Shown piece by piece: positions 37,523 to 47,933 of a stretch of 64,000 nucleotides of DNA. The DNA is from Candidatus Binatia bacterium (GTDB lineage Bacteria > Desulfobacterota > Binatia > HRBIN30): the NCBI GenBank assembly GCA_038245295.1, contig JBBRSP010000011.1, positions 97,812 through 161,811 on the forward strand, read 5' to 3'. Both the position numbers and the translations under genes were made by a program. The notes beneath the pieces are model-generated. The model saw nothing but the letters and a program-made list of their open reading frames with translations. It had not been told where the DNA came from and did not search any database. The number at the start of each line of letters is the position of its first letter. Within the stretch, counting starts at the first letter, position 1.

Positions 37523-40500
37523 ATGGTAAGGAGCGTTCCCGTGCAATACGAAAAACTGAGATGGTGGTTGTTAGGGCTCGTCGCGATTGTTGTGGTGCCG
37601 GCTATGGCGGCGGCGCAGAGTGCCGATCTTGGAATCACCAAGAGCGACGGTCTGGTCAACGCTATCCCCGGCAACGCAATCATCTATACGATTGTCGCGT
37701 CGAACGCCGGCCCTGACCCGGTCGTTGGCGCGACCGTTACCGATGCCTTTCCCGTCGCTCTCGGTTTGGTCAGCTGGACCTGTGCTGCGTCGGCAGGATC
37801 GAGCTGCACCGGTGTCGGCGCGGGTGATATCAATGACAACGCCGCCAATCTGCTGGTCGGTGGTACCGCCACGTACACCGTCAACGCGACCATCAACGGC
37901 TCAGCCACGGGAATCCTCAGTAATACGGCTTCGATTGCGCCCCCGGCGTTGACGACGGATCCAGGCCCAACGGCCAACAGTGCAACGGATACGGACAACC
38001 TCACACCAACGGCGAATCTTTCGATTTTCAATACCGACGGCGCCATCAACGAAATCCCCGGCACGGGCATCACCTACACCAGCACCGTCGGCAACGCCGG
38101 TCCCAGTAATGTCACCGGAGCAACCGTCACGGACAATTTCCCGGCGGCGCTCACCGGCGTTACGTGGACTTGCAGCGCTAGCGTCGGTTCGTCCTGCACC
38201 TTGGCCAATGCGGGACCGATCTCCGATCCGGTCAACATCCTCTCCGGCGGTACCCTAACCTACACTGTAAACGCGACCATCAGCGCCGCCGCTACGGGTA
38301 ACCTCGTCAACACCGCGACGGTTGTGGTGCCCGGCGGCGTTACCGACCCGGCCGGCGCCAATAATTCTTCCACTGACACCGACGCGCTGCACCCAGAGGG
38401 AGATCTCACCATCACGAAGACCGACGGCTCGGCCACGGCGATCCCCGGCACCGCGATTGTCTACACGATCACCGTCGGGAACAACGGCCCCAGCAACATC
38501 ACCAATGCCGTCGTACAGGATATCTTCCCGGCCACGTTGACCTCGCCCACTTGGACCTGTGTTGCGGGCGGCGGTGGTAGCTGCGGCGCCGCCATGGGCG
38601 CCGGGAATATCTCGACAACGGCCACCCTGCCGGTTGGAGCCACTGCGGTATACACGGTGAACGCAACCATCAGCCCGGCCGCCACCGGGATGCTCACCAA
38701 TGTCGCCAGCATCGCGACCCCGGGAGGTTCGAGCGACCCGACTCCGGCGAATAACGTCGCTGTCGATACGGACACCCTGCAGCCTCAAGCTGACATCACC
38801 ATTGTGAAGACCGATGGCCAGGCGACGGAAGTCCCCGGCACGACGGTCGTCTACACGGTCACGGTCGGCAACAGCGGACCGAGTAACGCCAGCGGTGCCA
38901 TCGTGACGGATGCGTTCCCGGCGATCATGCAGGCGCCGATCAATTGGACCTGTGCGACGGCCGGCGGTGCGTCCTGCACCGCCGCGGGCATGGGGAACAT
39001 CAACGATGTCGTCAACGTGCCCGTTGGTGGTACCGCCACCTACACGGTCACGGCGACGATCAACGCGGCGGCGACGGGTGTCATTTCCAACACCGCCTCG
39101 GTGACTCCACCGGGCGGCGTTACCGACCCGAACATGGCCAACAACAGCTCGACCGACACGGATACGCTGACCCCGCAAGCCAATCTGTCGATCACCAAGA
39201 CCGACGGCTTCCTTACCGCCGTGCCGGGAACAGCAATTGTCTACACAATCAGCGTGACCAACCTTGGTCCGAGCACGGCCCCGAACTCCCTCGTGGCGGA
39301 TACGTTCCCGGCGGCTCTGAGCGGCGTCACCTGGACCTGCCTCGCCAGTGGTGGCTCAACCTGCGGCGCCGGCGGCGCCGGCAATATTGCCGACACGGCC
39401 AATCTTTTGGTCGGCGGTGTGGCTAACTACACCGTCAATGCGACCATCTCGGCGGCTGCCACGGGTATGCTCTCGAACAACGCTTCGGTCACTCCCGGAC
39501 CTGGAATCACCGACACCAATCTGTTGAACAACAGCTCGACCGATACGGATACCCTGACTCCGCAGGCCGATATGGGGGTCACCAAAACCGACGGCGTGGC
39601 AAGTGTGGTTCCCGGTTTGACGACGACCTATACGATCACGGTCACCAATACCGGCCCGAGCAATTCGGTGAATGCGACAGTCCAGGACCTCTTCCCGGCG
39701 GCCGTCTCATCGACGACATGGACGTGCTCAGCGTCGGCTGGGTCGACGTGTACCGGAGCCGGCGTCGGCAACATCAACGACGTAGTCAACGTGTTGGTCG
39801 GTGGAACACTGACCTATTCGGTGATTGCCAACGTTGATCCGTGTGCAACCGGCCTTCTCACCAACACCGCCACCGTGGCGGACGCCGGCGGTACCACCGA
39901 CACCAATGGTACCAACAATGCGGCTTCGGACGTGGATTCGCTGACGCCGCAAGTGGATCTGACGACTACGAAGGTCGACATCAAGGATCCGCAGTACGTC
40001 TGCCGCGAGATCACCTACACGATTACAGTGCAGAACAACGGCCCGTCGTGCGCCACGAACGTCGTCCTCGAAGACTTCGCGCCAACCGACACGACATTCG
40101 TCACCTCGGTTCCCGCGAGCTGCGTCAACGTGGTCGATACCACCACGTGTAATCTCGGTACGCTCGCCCCCGGTGGCAGCTCGGTGGTGACGATCGTCGT
40201 CAACGTCGACTTCGCGGCGAAGGGCACGGTGGTCACGAACACGGCCGTCGCCAGCTCCGATCCTACGGAAACCAACCTCGCCGACAACACTGGAACGGCG
40301 GATACGCGCATCCGCAAGGACGACCCGTATCTGTTCTTCTTGCTGGTGGCTCCCAAGAACCTGCGTATCGATAAGGTCATCGACCAGGTCTATCGCATCA
40401 AGGTTCGCAGCCTGTGCGAACCGTACATCACGACGACCAACGTCACGGTCGACCAGACCATCCCGTCGGAAGTCGACGTTCTGTCGACCAGTATCGTGCC

Positions 40501-41086
40501 CGATGTGCAGACGGATACGGAGCTGACCTGGAACCTGGGTGACATCAACGGTGGGGAGTCCAGGCAGATCATCATTGAGACCCAGCTCAACGATACGGCG
40601 TTGCCCGGGGCTTGCCTCGCCAGCACCGCTACGTTGGATGACGATCAGGGCAATCACATGACGCAGTCGGTGAGCGGCGAGGTGCGCGGCCTGCCGGCAC
40701 AACCGCCGCGCGTTCCACCCGACCTGCGCGTCGCCGTCACCGCGCCGCAGAAATTGCTGCGGACCCGATCGTTGGCGCACTCGATCTCGGTGGTGAACAG
40801 CTCCAAGCAAGCTGCGACCGGTGTAGTCGTCACCCTGGTGGAGCCGTCCGACATCGTCCTGGTGTCTTCAAATCCGCCTGCGACCTCGGAAACGGACGAT
40901 GGTGTAACTCGCACCGTCACCTGGATGTTCGATTCGATTCCGGCGCCCGGACACAAGCGCATCCGCTTGATTCAGAAGGCGACGGTTGCCGCGCCGCTCT
41001 GCGAAGTCCTGGATGTGAACGCCTCGGTGTCGAGCAACGAGGGCGATAGCGACGACGAGACGCGGCACGTCACCGTCCGCCAGTAA
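37523..41086 (+). CDS. Large secreted DUF11 (Ig-like) repeat surface protein
   Basis: Signal peptide; ADL.ITK.DG...YTI.V.N.GP...WTC...C repeats starting at 37622, 38012, 38399, 38789, 39179, 39566 and 39953 (387-390 bp period), plus two divergent C-terminal domains. Confidence 0.9.
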   Translation: MVRSVPVQYEKLRWWLLGLVAIVVVPAMAAAQSADLGITKSDGLVNAIPGNAIIYTIVASNAGPDPVVGATVTDAFPVALGLVSWTCAASAGSSCTGVGAGDINDNAANLLVGGTATYTVNATINGSATGILSNTASIAPPALTTDPGPTANSATDTDNLTPTANLSIFNTDGAINEIPGTGITYTSTVGNAGPSNVTGATVTDNFPAALTGVTWTCSASVGSSCTLANAGPISDPVNILSGGTLTYTVNATISAAATGNLVNTATVVVPGGVTDPAGANNSSTDTDALHPEGDLTITKTDGSATAIPGTAIVYTITVGNNGPSNITNAVVQDIFPATLTSPTWTCVAGGGGSCGAAMGAGNISTTATLPVGATAVYTVNATISPAATGMLTNVASIATPGGSSDPTPANNVAVDTDTLQPQADITIVKTDGQATEVPGTTVVYTVTVGNSGPSNASGAIVTDAFPAIMQAPINWTCATAGGASCTAAGMGNINDVVNVPVGGTATYTVTATINAAATGVISNTASVTPPGGVTDPNMANNSSTDTDTLTPQANLSITKTDGFLTAVPGTAIVYTISVTNLGPSTAPNSLVADTFPAALSGVTWTCLASGGSTCGAGGAGNIADTANLLVGGVANYTVNATISAAATGMLSNNASVTPGPGITDTNLLNNSSTDTDTLTPQADMGVTKTDGVASVVPGLTTTYTITVTNTGPSNSVNATVQDLFPAAVSSTTWTCSASAGSTCTGAGVGNINDVVNVLVGGTLTYSVIANVDPCATGLLTNTATVADAGGTTDTNGTNNAASDVDSLTPQVDLTTTKVDIKDPQYVCREITYTITVQNNGPSCATNVVLEDFAPTDTTFVTSVPASCVNVVDTTTCNLGTLAPGGSSVVTIVVNVDFAAKGTVVTNTAVASSDPTETNLADNTGTADTRIRKDDPYLFFLLVAPKNLRIDKVIDQVYRIKVRSLCEPYITTTNVTVDQTIPSEVDVLSTSIVPDVQTDTELTWNLGDINGGESRQIIIETQLNDTALPGACLASTATLDDDQGNHMTQSVSGEVRGLPAQPPRVPPDLRVAVTAPQKLLRTRSLAHSISVVNSSKQAATGVVVTLVEPSDIVLVSSNPPATSETDDGVTRTVTWMFDSIPAPGHKRIRLIQKATVAAPLCEVLDVNASVSSNEGDSDDETRHVTVRQ

Positions 41087-41095
41087 CAACCCCGA

Positions 41096-41130
41096 GCCTG
41101 CTCCCTCTCCCAACGCGAGAGGGGGCAGGC
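41096..41130. terminator. GC-rich hairpin (terminator or REP-like) after the DUF11 gene
   Basis: GCCTGCTCCCTCTC...GAGAGGGGGCAGGC, a 14-bp stem with one G.U pair; no U-tract. Confidence 0.5.
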
Positions 41131-41146
41131 GATATCCTTGTCTATC

Positions 41147-42124
41147 ATGCGCGCCATTCTCGTATCCGGTTGGTGTGAACCAAGGGACCTGAAGATCTCG
41201 GAAGAGGTTCCTGAGCCCGAGCCCGCTGCCGATCAGGTCCTAATCGATATTCGCGCCGCCGGCTGCAACTTCGCCGACATCCTGATGGTCCAGGGCAAGT
41301 ATCAGGTGTGTCCGCCGTTTCCATTCATCCCCGGCGCCGAAGTGGCGGGTGTCGTGCGGCAGGTCGGTGCCGACGTCACGACATGCTCGCCCGGCGATCG
41401 AGTTTTTGCCATGGTGCCCTGGGGAGGCTTCGCCGGGGCGGTTGCTGCCGCGCAAGGGTCGGTCGTGAGGATGCCGCCACGCATGTCATTCGAGCATGGC
41501 GCCGGCTTCGGAGTCGTGTACCAAACTTCCTACTTCGCCTTGGTCTATCGCACGGCGATCCAGCCTGGGGAGACGTTGCTCGTCCACGCCGCCGCCGGCG
41601 GTGTTGGCCTTGCGGCAGTGCAGATCGGCAAGGCCCTTGGTGCGCGTGTGCTCGGCACCGCCGGTTCCGCCGAGAAATGCGAAGTCGCGCGGCGCAACGG
41701 TTGCGAAGAAGCCTACGATTATACCGCCGAGGATTGGGTCGAACGCGTCAAGGCCGCCACCGATGGTCGCGGCGCCGATGTGATCTACGATTCGGTCGGC
41801 GGGGAGATTTTCGACCGGTCGATGAAGTCTATCGCCTTCGGCGGGCGCCTGCTTGTGATCGGCTTTGCTTCGGGCCAGATCCCTTCGGTTCAGCTCAACC
41901 GTGTCCTCTTGAAGAATATCTCGCTCATCGGACTGCACTGGGGAGCATACATGCAACACGACCCATCGCGGATTTCTGCCGCGACGCAGGGGCTTTTCGA
42001 AATGTACGAGCGCGGGCAAATCCAGCCGGTTGTTTCGGCTACCTTCCCGCTGGCGCAGGCAGACAAGGCCCTTGAGGAGATTGGCTCCCGACGCAGCGTC
42101 GGGAAAGTGCTCCTGATTCCCTGA
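41147..42124 (+). CDS. NADPH:quinone oxidoreductase (MDR family)
   Basis: GCNFAD, FIPGAEVAG, HAAAGGVGLAAVQ, DSVGG, VIGFASG, GKVLL. Confidence 0.93.
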   Translation: MRAILVSGWCEPRDLKISEEVPEPEPAADQVLIDIRAAGCNFADILMVQGKYQVCPPFPFIPGAEVAGVVRQVGADVTTCSPGDRVFAMVPWGGFAGAVAAAQGSVVRMPPRMSFEHGAGFGVVYQTSYFALVYRTAIQPGETLLVHAAAGGVGLAAVQIGKALGARVLGTAGSAEKCEVARRNGCEEAYDYTAEDWVERVKAATDGRGADVIYDSVGGEIFDRSMKSIAFGGRLLVIGFASGQIPSVQLNRVLLKNISLIGLHWGAYMQHDPSRISAATQGLFEMYERGQIQPVVSATFPLAQADKALEEIGSRRSVGKVLLIP

Positions 42125-42125
42125 G

Positions 42126-42782
42126 CTAACGCATCGGACGCAGGATTGCCGTGTCGTTGCATCGATCGCGCACATCGGCACCACAGGCGCGCGGCTCCAG
42201 ACTGCGATCGAGGCAGATCCGCACTTCCTGCAGATACTTTCCTTTGCACAACACAGCGATCGACTTCAGATCGACGTCGGGGTTGGCCGCCAAGAAGTGG
42301 CGCTTCAAGTCGGCGACAGTAACCTCCTTTGGCGCTTGTAGCTTCACATACAGCGGCGGGATGTGGATCTCGTTGAACACCTGTCGCACCAGGGCAAAAT
42401 ACTGGGCCGGCCTCATGCCGCTGCAAGTGCCGTGTTTCTGCCACTCGTGACGCACGAGATCCGGACTCGGCATGACGTCGAGCATGTCGTTGATCGTGTG
42501 TTCTTCGAGTGTTGCGGCATTCGGGCAGGATTCGGGAAAGCCACGCTCATACTGTGGCCACAATCCGTGCACTACGAAGCCATAGCTGCGCGGTGCCGCA
42601 CACTGGGTGTCCTGGCGCGCCGCCCCGTGATCGGCGCAGTACTCGGGCGACCACGATAGGCTGAGCAGGTAGTAGGCGAAGGCGCCTCCTTCCCCGACCC
42701 GACTTGTCTTGTGCCGCCGCGCCTGTGCCGGTTGCGCGACGAGCACCAACATCGCGCATACCCCAAGGATTAAACGATTCAT
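42126..42782 (-). CDS. Ribonuclease T2 family, secreted
   Basis: LSLSWSPEYC, FVVHGLWPQ (CAS I), HEWQKHGTCSG (CAS II), LQEVRIC. Confidence 0.93.
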   Translation of the reverse strand: MNRLILGVCAMLVLVAQPAQARRHKTSRVGEGGAFAYYLLSLSWSPEYCADHGAARQDTQCAAPRSYGFVVHGLWPQYERGFPESCPNAATLEEHTINDMLDVMPSPDLVRHEWQKHGTCSGMRPAQYFALVRQVFNEIHIPPLYVKLQAPKEVTVADLKRHFLAANPDVDLKSIAVLCKGKYLQEVRICLDRSLEPRACGADVRDRCNDTAILRPMR

Positions 42783-42789
42783 CAGCACC

Positions 42790-44940
42790 TCAGCGCGCCA
42801 GTGTGGTGACCACGTTGGTGATCAATCGCATGCCGACGTCGTCGGCCAGCGTCAGAATCGATTCCGGGTGAAACTGAACGGCGGCCATCGGCAAACTCGT
42901 ATGCTCGATCGCCATTACCACTCCATCGGCTGTCTCCGCCGTCACCCGTAAGACCGGCGGCAAGTACTCACGCAGCGCAAATAATGAATGGTAACGCCCG
43001 GCGACGATCTGCCGCGGCAGCCCTTCGAAGATCCGCCCGCCGAGCACGGTGACCGGCGATGGCTTGCCGTGCATCGGGTAGTCGAGCACACCAAGCTTGC
43101 CGCCGAAGTGCTCGACCATTCCCTGCAATCCAAGGCAGACCCCGAAGACGGGCAAATCGCGCTCCAGAGCTGCCGTGATGGTGCCGGAAACATTGAAATC
43201 CGTCGGTGTCCCAGGGCCGGGCGACAACACGACCAGATCAGGTCTTGCGTCATCCATCTCCGTGGCGGCGAAACCGGCGCGCAAGGTGATGACCTCGGCG
43301 CCTGCCTGTCGGAAGTAATTGGCGAGCGTGTGGACGAAGGAATCCTGGTGGTCCACGAGCAGGACCCGTTTGCCATTGCGGCGCTGCATCGGACTGGCGG
43401 TTGTTTCCGGCTTGCCGACGTCACGCGGGCGTCGAATGGCGTCGAGCAACGCCGAGCCTTTGACGCGCGTCTCGCGCTCCTCCTCGTCCGGGTCCGAGTC
43501 GTAGAGAAGCGTTGCGCCGGCCCGCACTTCGGCGACGCCGTCCTTGATCCGGATCGTGCGCAACGTCAGCCCGGTGTTGAGATTGCGATCGAAGCCGATG
43601 TAGCCGACCGCACCGCCGTACCAGGCGCGCGGCGACTTCTCGTGGTCTTCGATGAATTGCATGGCCCAGGCTTTGGGAGCCCCGGTAACCGTTACGGCCC
43701 ACGTGTGCGTCAGGAATGCATCGAGCGCGTCGAACTCTTTGCGCAAGCGACCTTCGACATGGTCGACCGTGTGGATCAGCCGCGAGTACATTTCGATCTG
43801 ACGCCGGCCGATCACCCGCACACTGCCAGGTTCGCAGATGCGCGATTTGTCGTTGCGGTCGACGTCGGTACACATCGTCAGCTCCGACTCATCCTTCGTA
43901 GAGTTCAGCAGGCGGAGGATCTGTGTTGCGTCGCCAATCGGATCGATACCGCGGGCGATGGTGCCGGAGATGGGGCAGGTCTCGACACGGTCACCTTCGA
44001 CACGAACGTACATCTCAGGCGACGCGCCAACGAGATACTCAGCGTTCCCTAGATTGGCGATGAAGCCGTAGGGAGCCGGGTTGCGTTCACGCAGACGGCG
44101 AAACACTTCGCTCGGCGGAGCCGGGCAGGGCTCGAAGAAGATCTGGCCGGGAACCACTTCGAAGAGATCGCCACGTTTGAACGACTCGCGCGCCTTGCGT
44201 ACACCCTCGGCATACTCACCGGGAGCATGGTCACAGTCCCGGGGGACATGCGTGACGCCCTGATACGGCGTGGCGGCACCCTCACGCTCGAAAGCCGCCG
44301 TCGTGCGGCCGCGATATTCAAAGTCATAGAGATGCCGCACCGCCCGTTCGCGGCGGTGATCAACGACCGTCAGTGCATCGGGCAGGTACAGAATGATGTC
44401 GCGCTGATCAGCCGGACGTTCCAGACGCAAACGAATCGGCTCGAACTGGAACGCCAGGTCGTAGGCGAACGCTCCGTAGAGTCCGAGGTGATTGTCGACG
44501 GAACTGAAGAAGAGGTCGAGGATCGCTCGCAAGACCGAGAAGACGGAAGGCTGCTTCGAACGCTGCTCCTCCGGAAAGCGCCCTTCGGTTTCGGCAATCG
44601 TACCCTCGACCAGATCGATCGTCTTCGTCAGCTCGGCGATGGCCGGGATACCCTGCAGCCAACCGGCGATGGCCGGCAGGATCACTTGCCCACGCGAATT
44701 CAGCGCTTCGATGCGGAAGCGGCGCTCGCGCGCCGTTAGGACCAGCGGCGGATCAGAGAAGCCGATGTCCCAACGCGTGTAACGACCAGGGTACTCGTAG
44801 CTTGACGCCAGCACGATGCCGCGATGGCTATCGAGCGCGTCGAGAATCGGCTCGATGGCGCCGAACGGGGAAATCTCTTCGGTGCGGCGGTGCACCGTAA
44901 TGCCACCCCGCGTCGTGTAACTGTCGTTGATCTCAATCAC
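42790..44940 (-). CDS. trpE(G): Anthranilate synthase, fused TrpE-TrpG
   Basis: SSYEYPGRY, LVGASPEMYV, CPISGT, ELTMCTDVDRND; C-terminal GATase (DHQDSF, SPGPG, GVCLG, QFHPES); start at GTG 44940. Confidence 0.94.
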   Translation of the reverse strand: MIEINDSYTTRGGITVHRRTEEISPFGAIEPILDALDSHRGIVLASSYEYPGRYTRWDIGFSDPPLVLTARERRFRIEALNSRGQVILPAIAGWLQGIPAIAELTKTIDLVEGTIAETEGRFPEEQRSKQPSVFSVLRAILDLFFSSVDNHLGLYGAFAYDLAFQFEPIRLRLERPADQRDIILYLPDALTVVDHRRERAVRHLYDFEYRGRTTAAFEREGAATPYQGVTHVPRDCDHAPGEYAEGVRKARESFKRGDLFEVVPGQIFFEPCPAPPSEVFRRLRERNPAPYGFIANLGNAEYLVGASPEMYVRVEGDRVETCPISGTIARGIDPIGDATQILRLLNSTKDESELTMCTDVDRNDKSRICEPGSVRVIGRRQIEMYSRLIHTVDHVEGRLRKEFDALDAFLTHTWAVTVTGAPKAWAMQFIEDHEKSPRAWYGGAVGYIGFDRNLNTGLTLRTIRIKDGVAEVRAGATLLYDSDPDEEERETRVKGSALLDAIRRPRDVGKPETTASPMQRRNGKRVLLVDHQDSFVHTLANYFRQAGAEVITLRAGFAATEMDDARPDLVVLSPGPGTPTDFNVSGTITAALERDLPVFGVCLGLQGMVEHFGGKLGVLDYPMHGKPSPVTVLGGRIFEGLPRQIVAGRYHSLFALREYLPPVLRVTAETADGVVMAIEHTSLPMAAVQFHPESILTLADDVGMRLITNVVTTLAR

Positions 44941-45095
44941 GTGCCGTATACTGCTGCAGCGCGTCAGAAAAGTCACGCGCCGGAACGTGCTCGATTCCTA
45001 ACGTTCGTAGAAGTGGAAATCGACGAACCAGGCTAAATCGGTGCCGTAACGCCGTGACTCAGACGGCGAGCCGGTGCTAAGGACACGCCATTGTC

Positions 45096-46532
45096 ATGAC
45101 CGAGATCAAACGAGACATTCCGACCGATGTCCTCGCCGAACGCTACGCCAGCCCCGCCATGTCGGCGATCTGGTCGGCGCGTGGCAAGGTGATTTTGGAA
45201 CGCGAGTACTGGATCGCCGTGATGAAGGCACAGCGCGAGCTGGGCTTGGCCATCCCGCCTGACGCCATTGCCGCCTACGAACGGGTGAAGGACCAGGTCG
45301 ACCTGGAGAGTATTCGCGCTCGCGAGCGCGTCACGCGTCACGACGTGAAAGCACGCATCGAAGAATTCTGTGACCTTGCCGGTCAAGAACACATCCACAA
45401 GGGCCTCACGAGCCGCGATTTGACGGAGAACGTCGAACAGCTCCAGGTGCGACGTTCGCTCGATCTCCTCCGTACCAAATACGCTGCCTGCCTGATTCGT
45501 CTGGCGACACGGGTGCGCGAGTTGCGCGATCTCGTCCTGACGGCGCGCACGCACAACGTGGCGGCGCAGCCGACGACGGTTGGTCGGCGTCTGGCGATGT
45601 TCGGCGAAGAGATGCTCCTCGCCTTCGAACAGTTGGAATCAGTCATTGATCGCTATCCGCTGCGCGGGCTCAAGGGCCCGGTCGGAACGCAACTCGATCA
45701 GCTGACGCTGTTTGATGGCGACGCGTCCAAAGTGGAGGCGCTCGAACAAGCCGTTGTACAATTCCTCGGCTTTAAACGTGCGCTCGGCGCGGTTGGTCAG
45801 GTTTATCCGCGTAGCCTCGACTTCGAGGTTGTCAGCGCTGTCTACCAGCTAGGCGCCGGCCCCAGCAGCTTTGCAAAAACCATCCGTCTCATGAGTGGCT
45901 TCGAGCTGGCGTCCGAAGGCTTCAAAGAAGGGCAGGTCGGCTCTTCCGCGATGCCGCACAAGATCAACGCTCGCAGCTCCGAGCGACTCAATGGACTACA
46001 TGTCATTCTACGCGGCTACTTGAATATGGTGATGGGCCTGGCCGGCGATCAGTGGAATGAAGGCGACGTGTCGTGTTCGGTGGTTCGTCGTGTCGCGCTG
46101 CCCGGCGCCATGCTGGCCGCCGATGGACTGCTCGAAACGTTCCTGACGGTGATCGGCGACTTCACCGTGTTCCCCGAAGTGATTGGTGCCGAACGCCAAC
46201 GCTACCTGCCATTCCTGGCGACGACGACCATTCTGATGGAAGCGGTGCGCCACGGGGCGGGCCGCGAAACGGCGCATGCGGCGATCCAGCAGCACGCCCA
46301 GGCCGTGGCGCGCGCCTTGCGCGAAGGCGGCCGGGAAAACGATATGCTCGATCGTCTCGCCGCCGATACACGCGTCGGGCTGACGAAGGACGAGCTACAT
46401 GGGTTGCTGGCGTCCGGTGGACGGCTGACCGGCGCGGCGGCACAGCAGGCGGATCACTTCGTCGCCGCTGTCGCAGCGGTGGCTCAACGGATACCGCAAG
46501 CGGCTGCGGTGACACCGGGCGAAATTCTCTGA
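45096..46532 (+). CDS. purB: Adenylosuccinate lyase
   Basis: RYAS..M..IWS, RHDV, HKGLTSRD, GSSAMPHKIN signature. Confidence 0.94.
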   Translation: MTEIKRDIPTDVLAERYASPAMSAIWSARGKVILEREYWIAVMKAQRELGLAIPPDAIAAYERVKDQVDLESIRARERVTRHDVKARIEEFCDLAGQEHIHKGLTSRDLTENVEQLQVRRSLDLLRTKYAACLIRLATRVRELRDLVLTARTHNVAAQPTTVGRRLAMFGEEMLLAFEQLESVIDRYPLRGLKGPVGTQLDQLTLFDGDASKVEALEQAVVQFLGFKRALGAVGQVYPRSLDFEVVSAVYQLGAGPSSFAKTIRLMSGFELASEGFKEGQVGSSAMPHKINARSSERLNGLHVILRGYLNMVMGLAGDQWNEGDVSCSVVRRVALPGAMLAADGLLETFLTVIGDFTVFPEVIGAERQRYLPFLATTTILMEAVRHGAGRETAHAAIQQHAQAVARALREGGRENDMLDRLAADTRVGLTKDELHGLLASGGRLTGAAAQQADHFVAAVAAVAQRIPQAAAVTPGEIL

Positions 46533-46652
46533 CGCTTGTCGCGGCAGTTTGCAAACGACTGGTGCATTTCCGCGTCGAAAAGTTTCGGATATTTGCACCA
46601 GGCATCGTTGCGCCGTGCGTGACAACCTGCGGCAATCTGGTAAGAGCCAACT

Positions 46653-47477
46653 ATGTCGAAGCCGCTTCCCACGAAGGACGATGAACGGCCGCGAGCCCTG
46701 GTTACCGGCGCTTCCGCAGGCATCGGCGCTGCCTTTGCCACTCGGTTGGCGCGTGCCGGTTACGACCTCGTCTTAGTCGCCCGCAGCGGCGACACACTCA
46801 AGAGACAAGCTTTCGCCCTGAGCGACAAGTTCCGCGTCAGTGTCGAAGCGCTGCCGGCCGATCTGATCGACCCGGCACAGCTGAAGGTCGTCGAGTCCTA
46901 CGTTGCGGCGGATGAGCGCCTGACACTGCTCGTCAACAACGCCGGCTTTGGAACGATGGGACGCTTCCACGAGCTCGACGTGGACAAGGAAGAATCGGAG
47001 ATCCGCCTCAACGTCCTCGCCCTGGTCCGCCTTACTCGTGCCGCGTTGCCGGGGATGGTGGCGCGCGCCGACGGTGCGATCATCAACGTGTCATCGATGG
47101 CGTCGTTCCAGGCCGCACCGTTTAATGCCACGTATGCGGCGACCAAGGCCTACATCAACTCGTTCACCGAGAGTCTCTACGAAGAGCTGCGCGGCACCAA
47201 CGTGCGGGTTCAGGCTCTTTGCCCAGGCTTCACGCGCACCGAGTTCCAGCAGCGGGCGGGTATCGATGTGACCGGTGTGCCGTCCATGGCGTGGATGTCG
47301 GCCGACGACGTTGTGGAAGCCTCGCTCGCCGCTCTGCAGCGCCGCGATCTGATCTGTGTTCCCGGCATGTCGAACAAGATCGTTTCGACACTCACCAGCG
47401 CTTTGCCGCGCAGCATCACCCGTCGCCTGGCCGGGATGCTTGCCTCCAGCGTGCTCGGCGGCGACGACAAGAAGTAG
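46653..47477 (+). CDS. SDR family oxidoreductase
   Basis: TGASAGIG, NNAGFG, YAATK, LCPGFTRTEF. Confidence 0.93.
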   Translation: MSKPLPTKDDERPRALVTGASAGIGAAFATRLARAGYDLVLVARSGDTLKRQAFALSDKFRVSVEALPADLIDPAQLKVVESYVAADERLTLLVNNAGFGTMGRFHELDVDKEESEIRLNVLALVRLTRAALPGMVARADGAIINVSSMASFQAAPFNATYAATKAYINSFTESLYEELRGTNVRVQALCPGFTRTEFQQRAGIDVTGVPSMAWMSADDVVEASLAALQRRDLICVPGMSNKIVSTLTSALPRSITRRLAGMLASSVLGGDDKK

Positions 47478-47480
47478 CCT

Positions 47481-47933
47481 CTAAGACATCCCGGAGTCGC
47501 CGTTCTCCAGATCCTCGGCGCGCAACGGCGCCACGTGGATGCTCTCGTAGCGTCGCAGCAAAACTTTCCCCGGCTCGAATCCGCGTGGCTTGCTCACGTC
47601 GGCGCACTGGGCAACATGCACCGTTGCGGTCTTCGCATTGCGCCCCTTGGAGTACCCGGCAGCCAACCCGGCGGCGAAGCGCAGGGTTTCGCGGGGCAGC
47701 TTCGGCAATTTGTCCGGATTGCGCACGACGACGTGGGAGCCGGAGTCGCCGGACAGGTGAAACCAGAAATCCTGCGGCGCGCCCAACTTGAGCGATAGGG
47801 TGTCGTTCTCGACCGCCGTCTTACCGACGAGCACGATGAAACCCTCCGGCGATACGAAGCGCCGCGCGATCCGTTTACCCTCGAAGATGCCGGCGTCCGG
47901 GTCTGTGACTCCGGGAGGACGACTGCCGCTCAT
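47481..47933 (-). CDS. NFACT RNA-binding domain protein (DUF814)
   Basis: LVGKTAVENDTL, WFHLSGDSGSHVV, AAGYSK, KPRGFEPGKV; ATGA-coupled to the upstream crotonase. Confidence 0.85.
   Translation of the reverse strand: MSGSRPPGVTDPDAGIFEGKRIARRFVSPEGFIVLVGKTAVENDTLSLKLGAPQDFWFHLSGDSGSHVVVRNPDKLPKLPRETLRFAAGLAAGYSKGRNAKTATVHVAQCADVSKPRGFEPGKVLLRRYESIHVAPLRAEDLENGDSGMS

Noticed and set aside
37622-40340. Regular ~390-bp periodicity as a possible CRISPR array or tandem mobile element
   Set aside because: The units are degenerate, in-frame protein repeats (DUF11) with synonymous variation; no short identical repeats with unique spacers and no cas genes
44941-45095. trp attenuator leader peptide upstream of trpE(G)
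   Set aside because: No short ORF with tandem TGG codons and no terminator hairpin with U-tract on the minus strand
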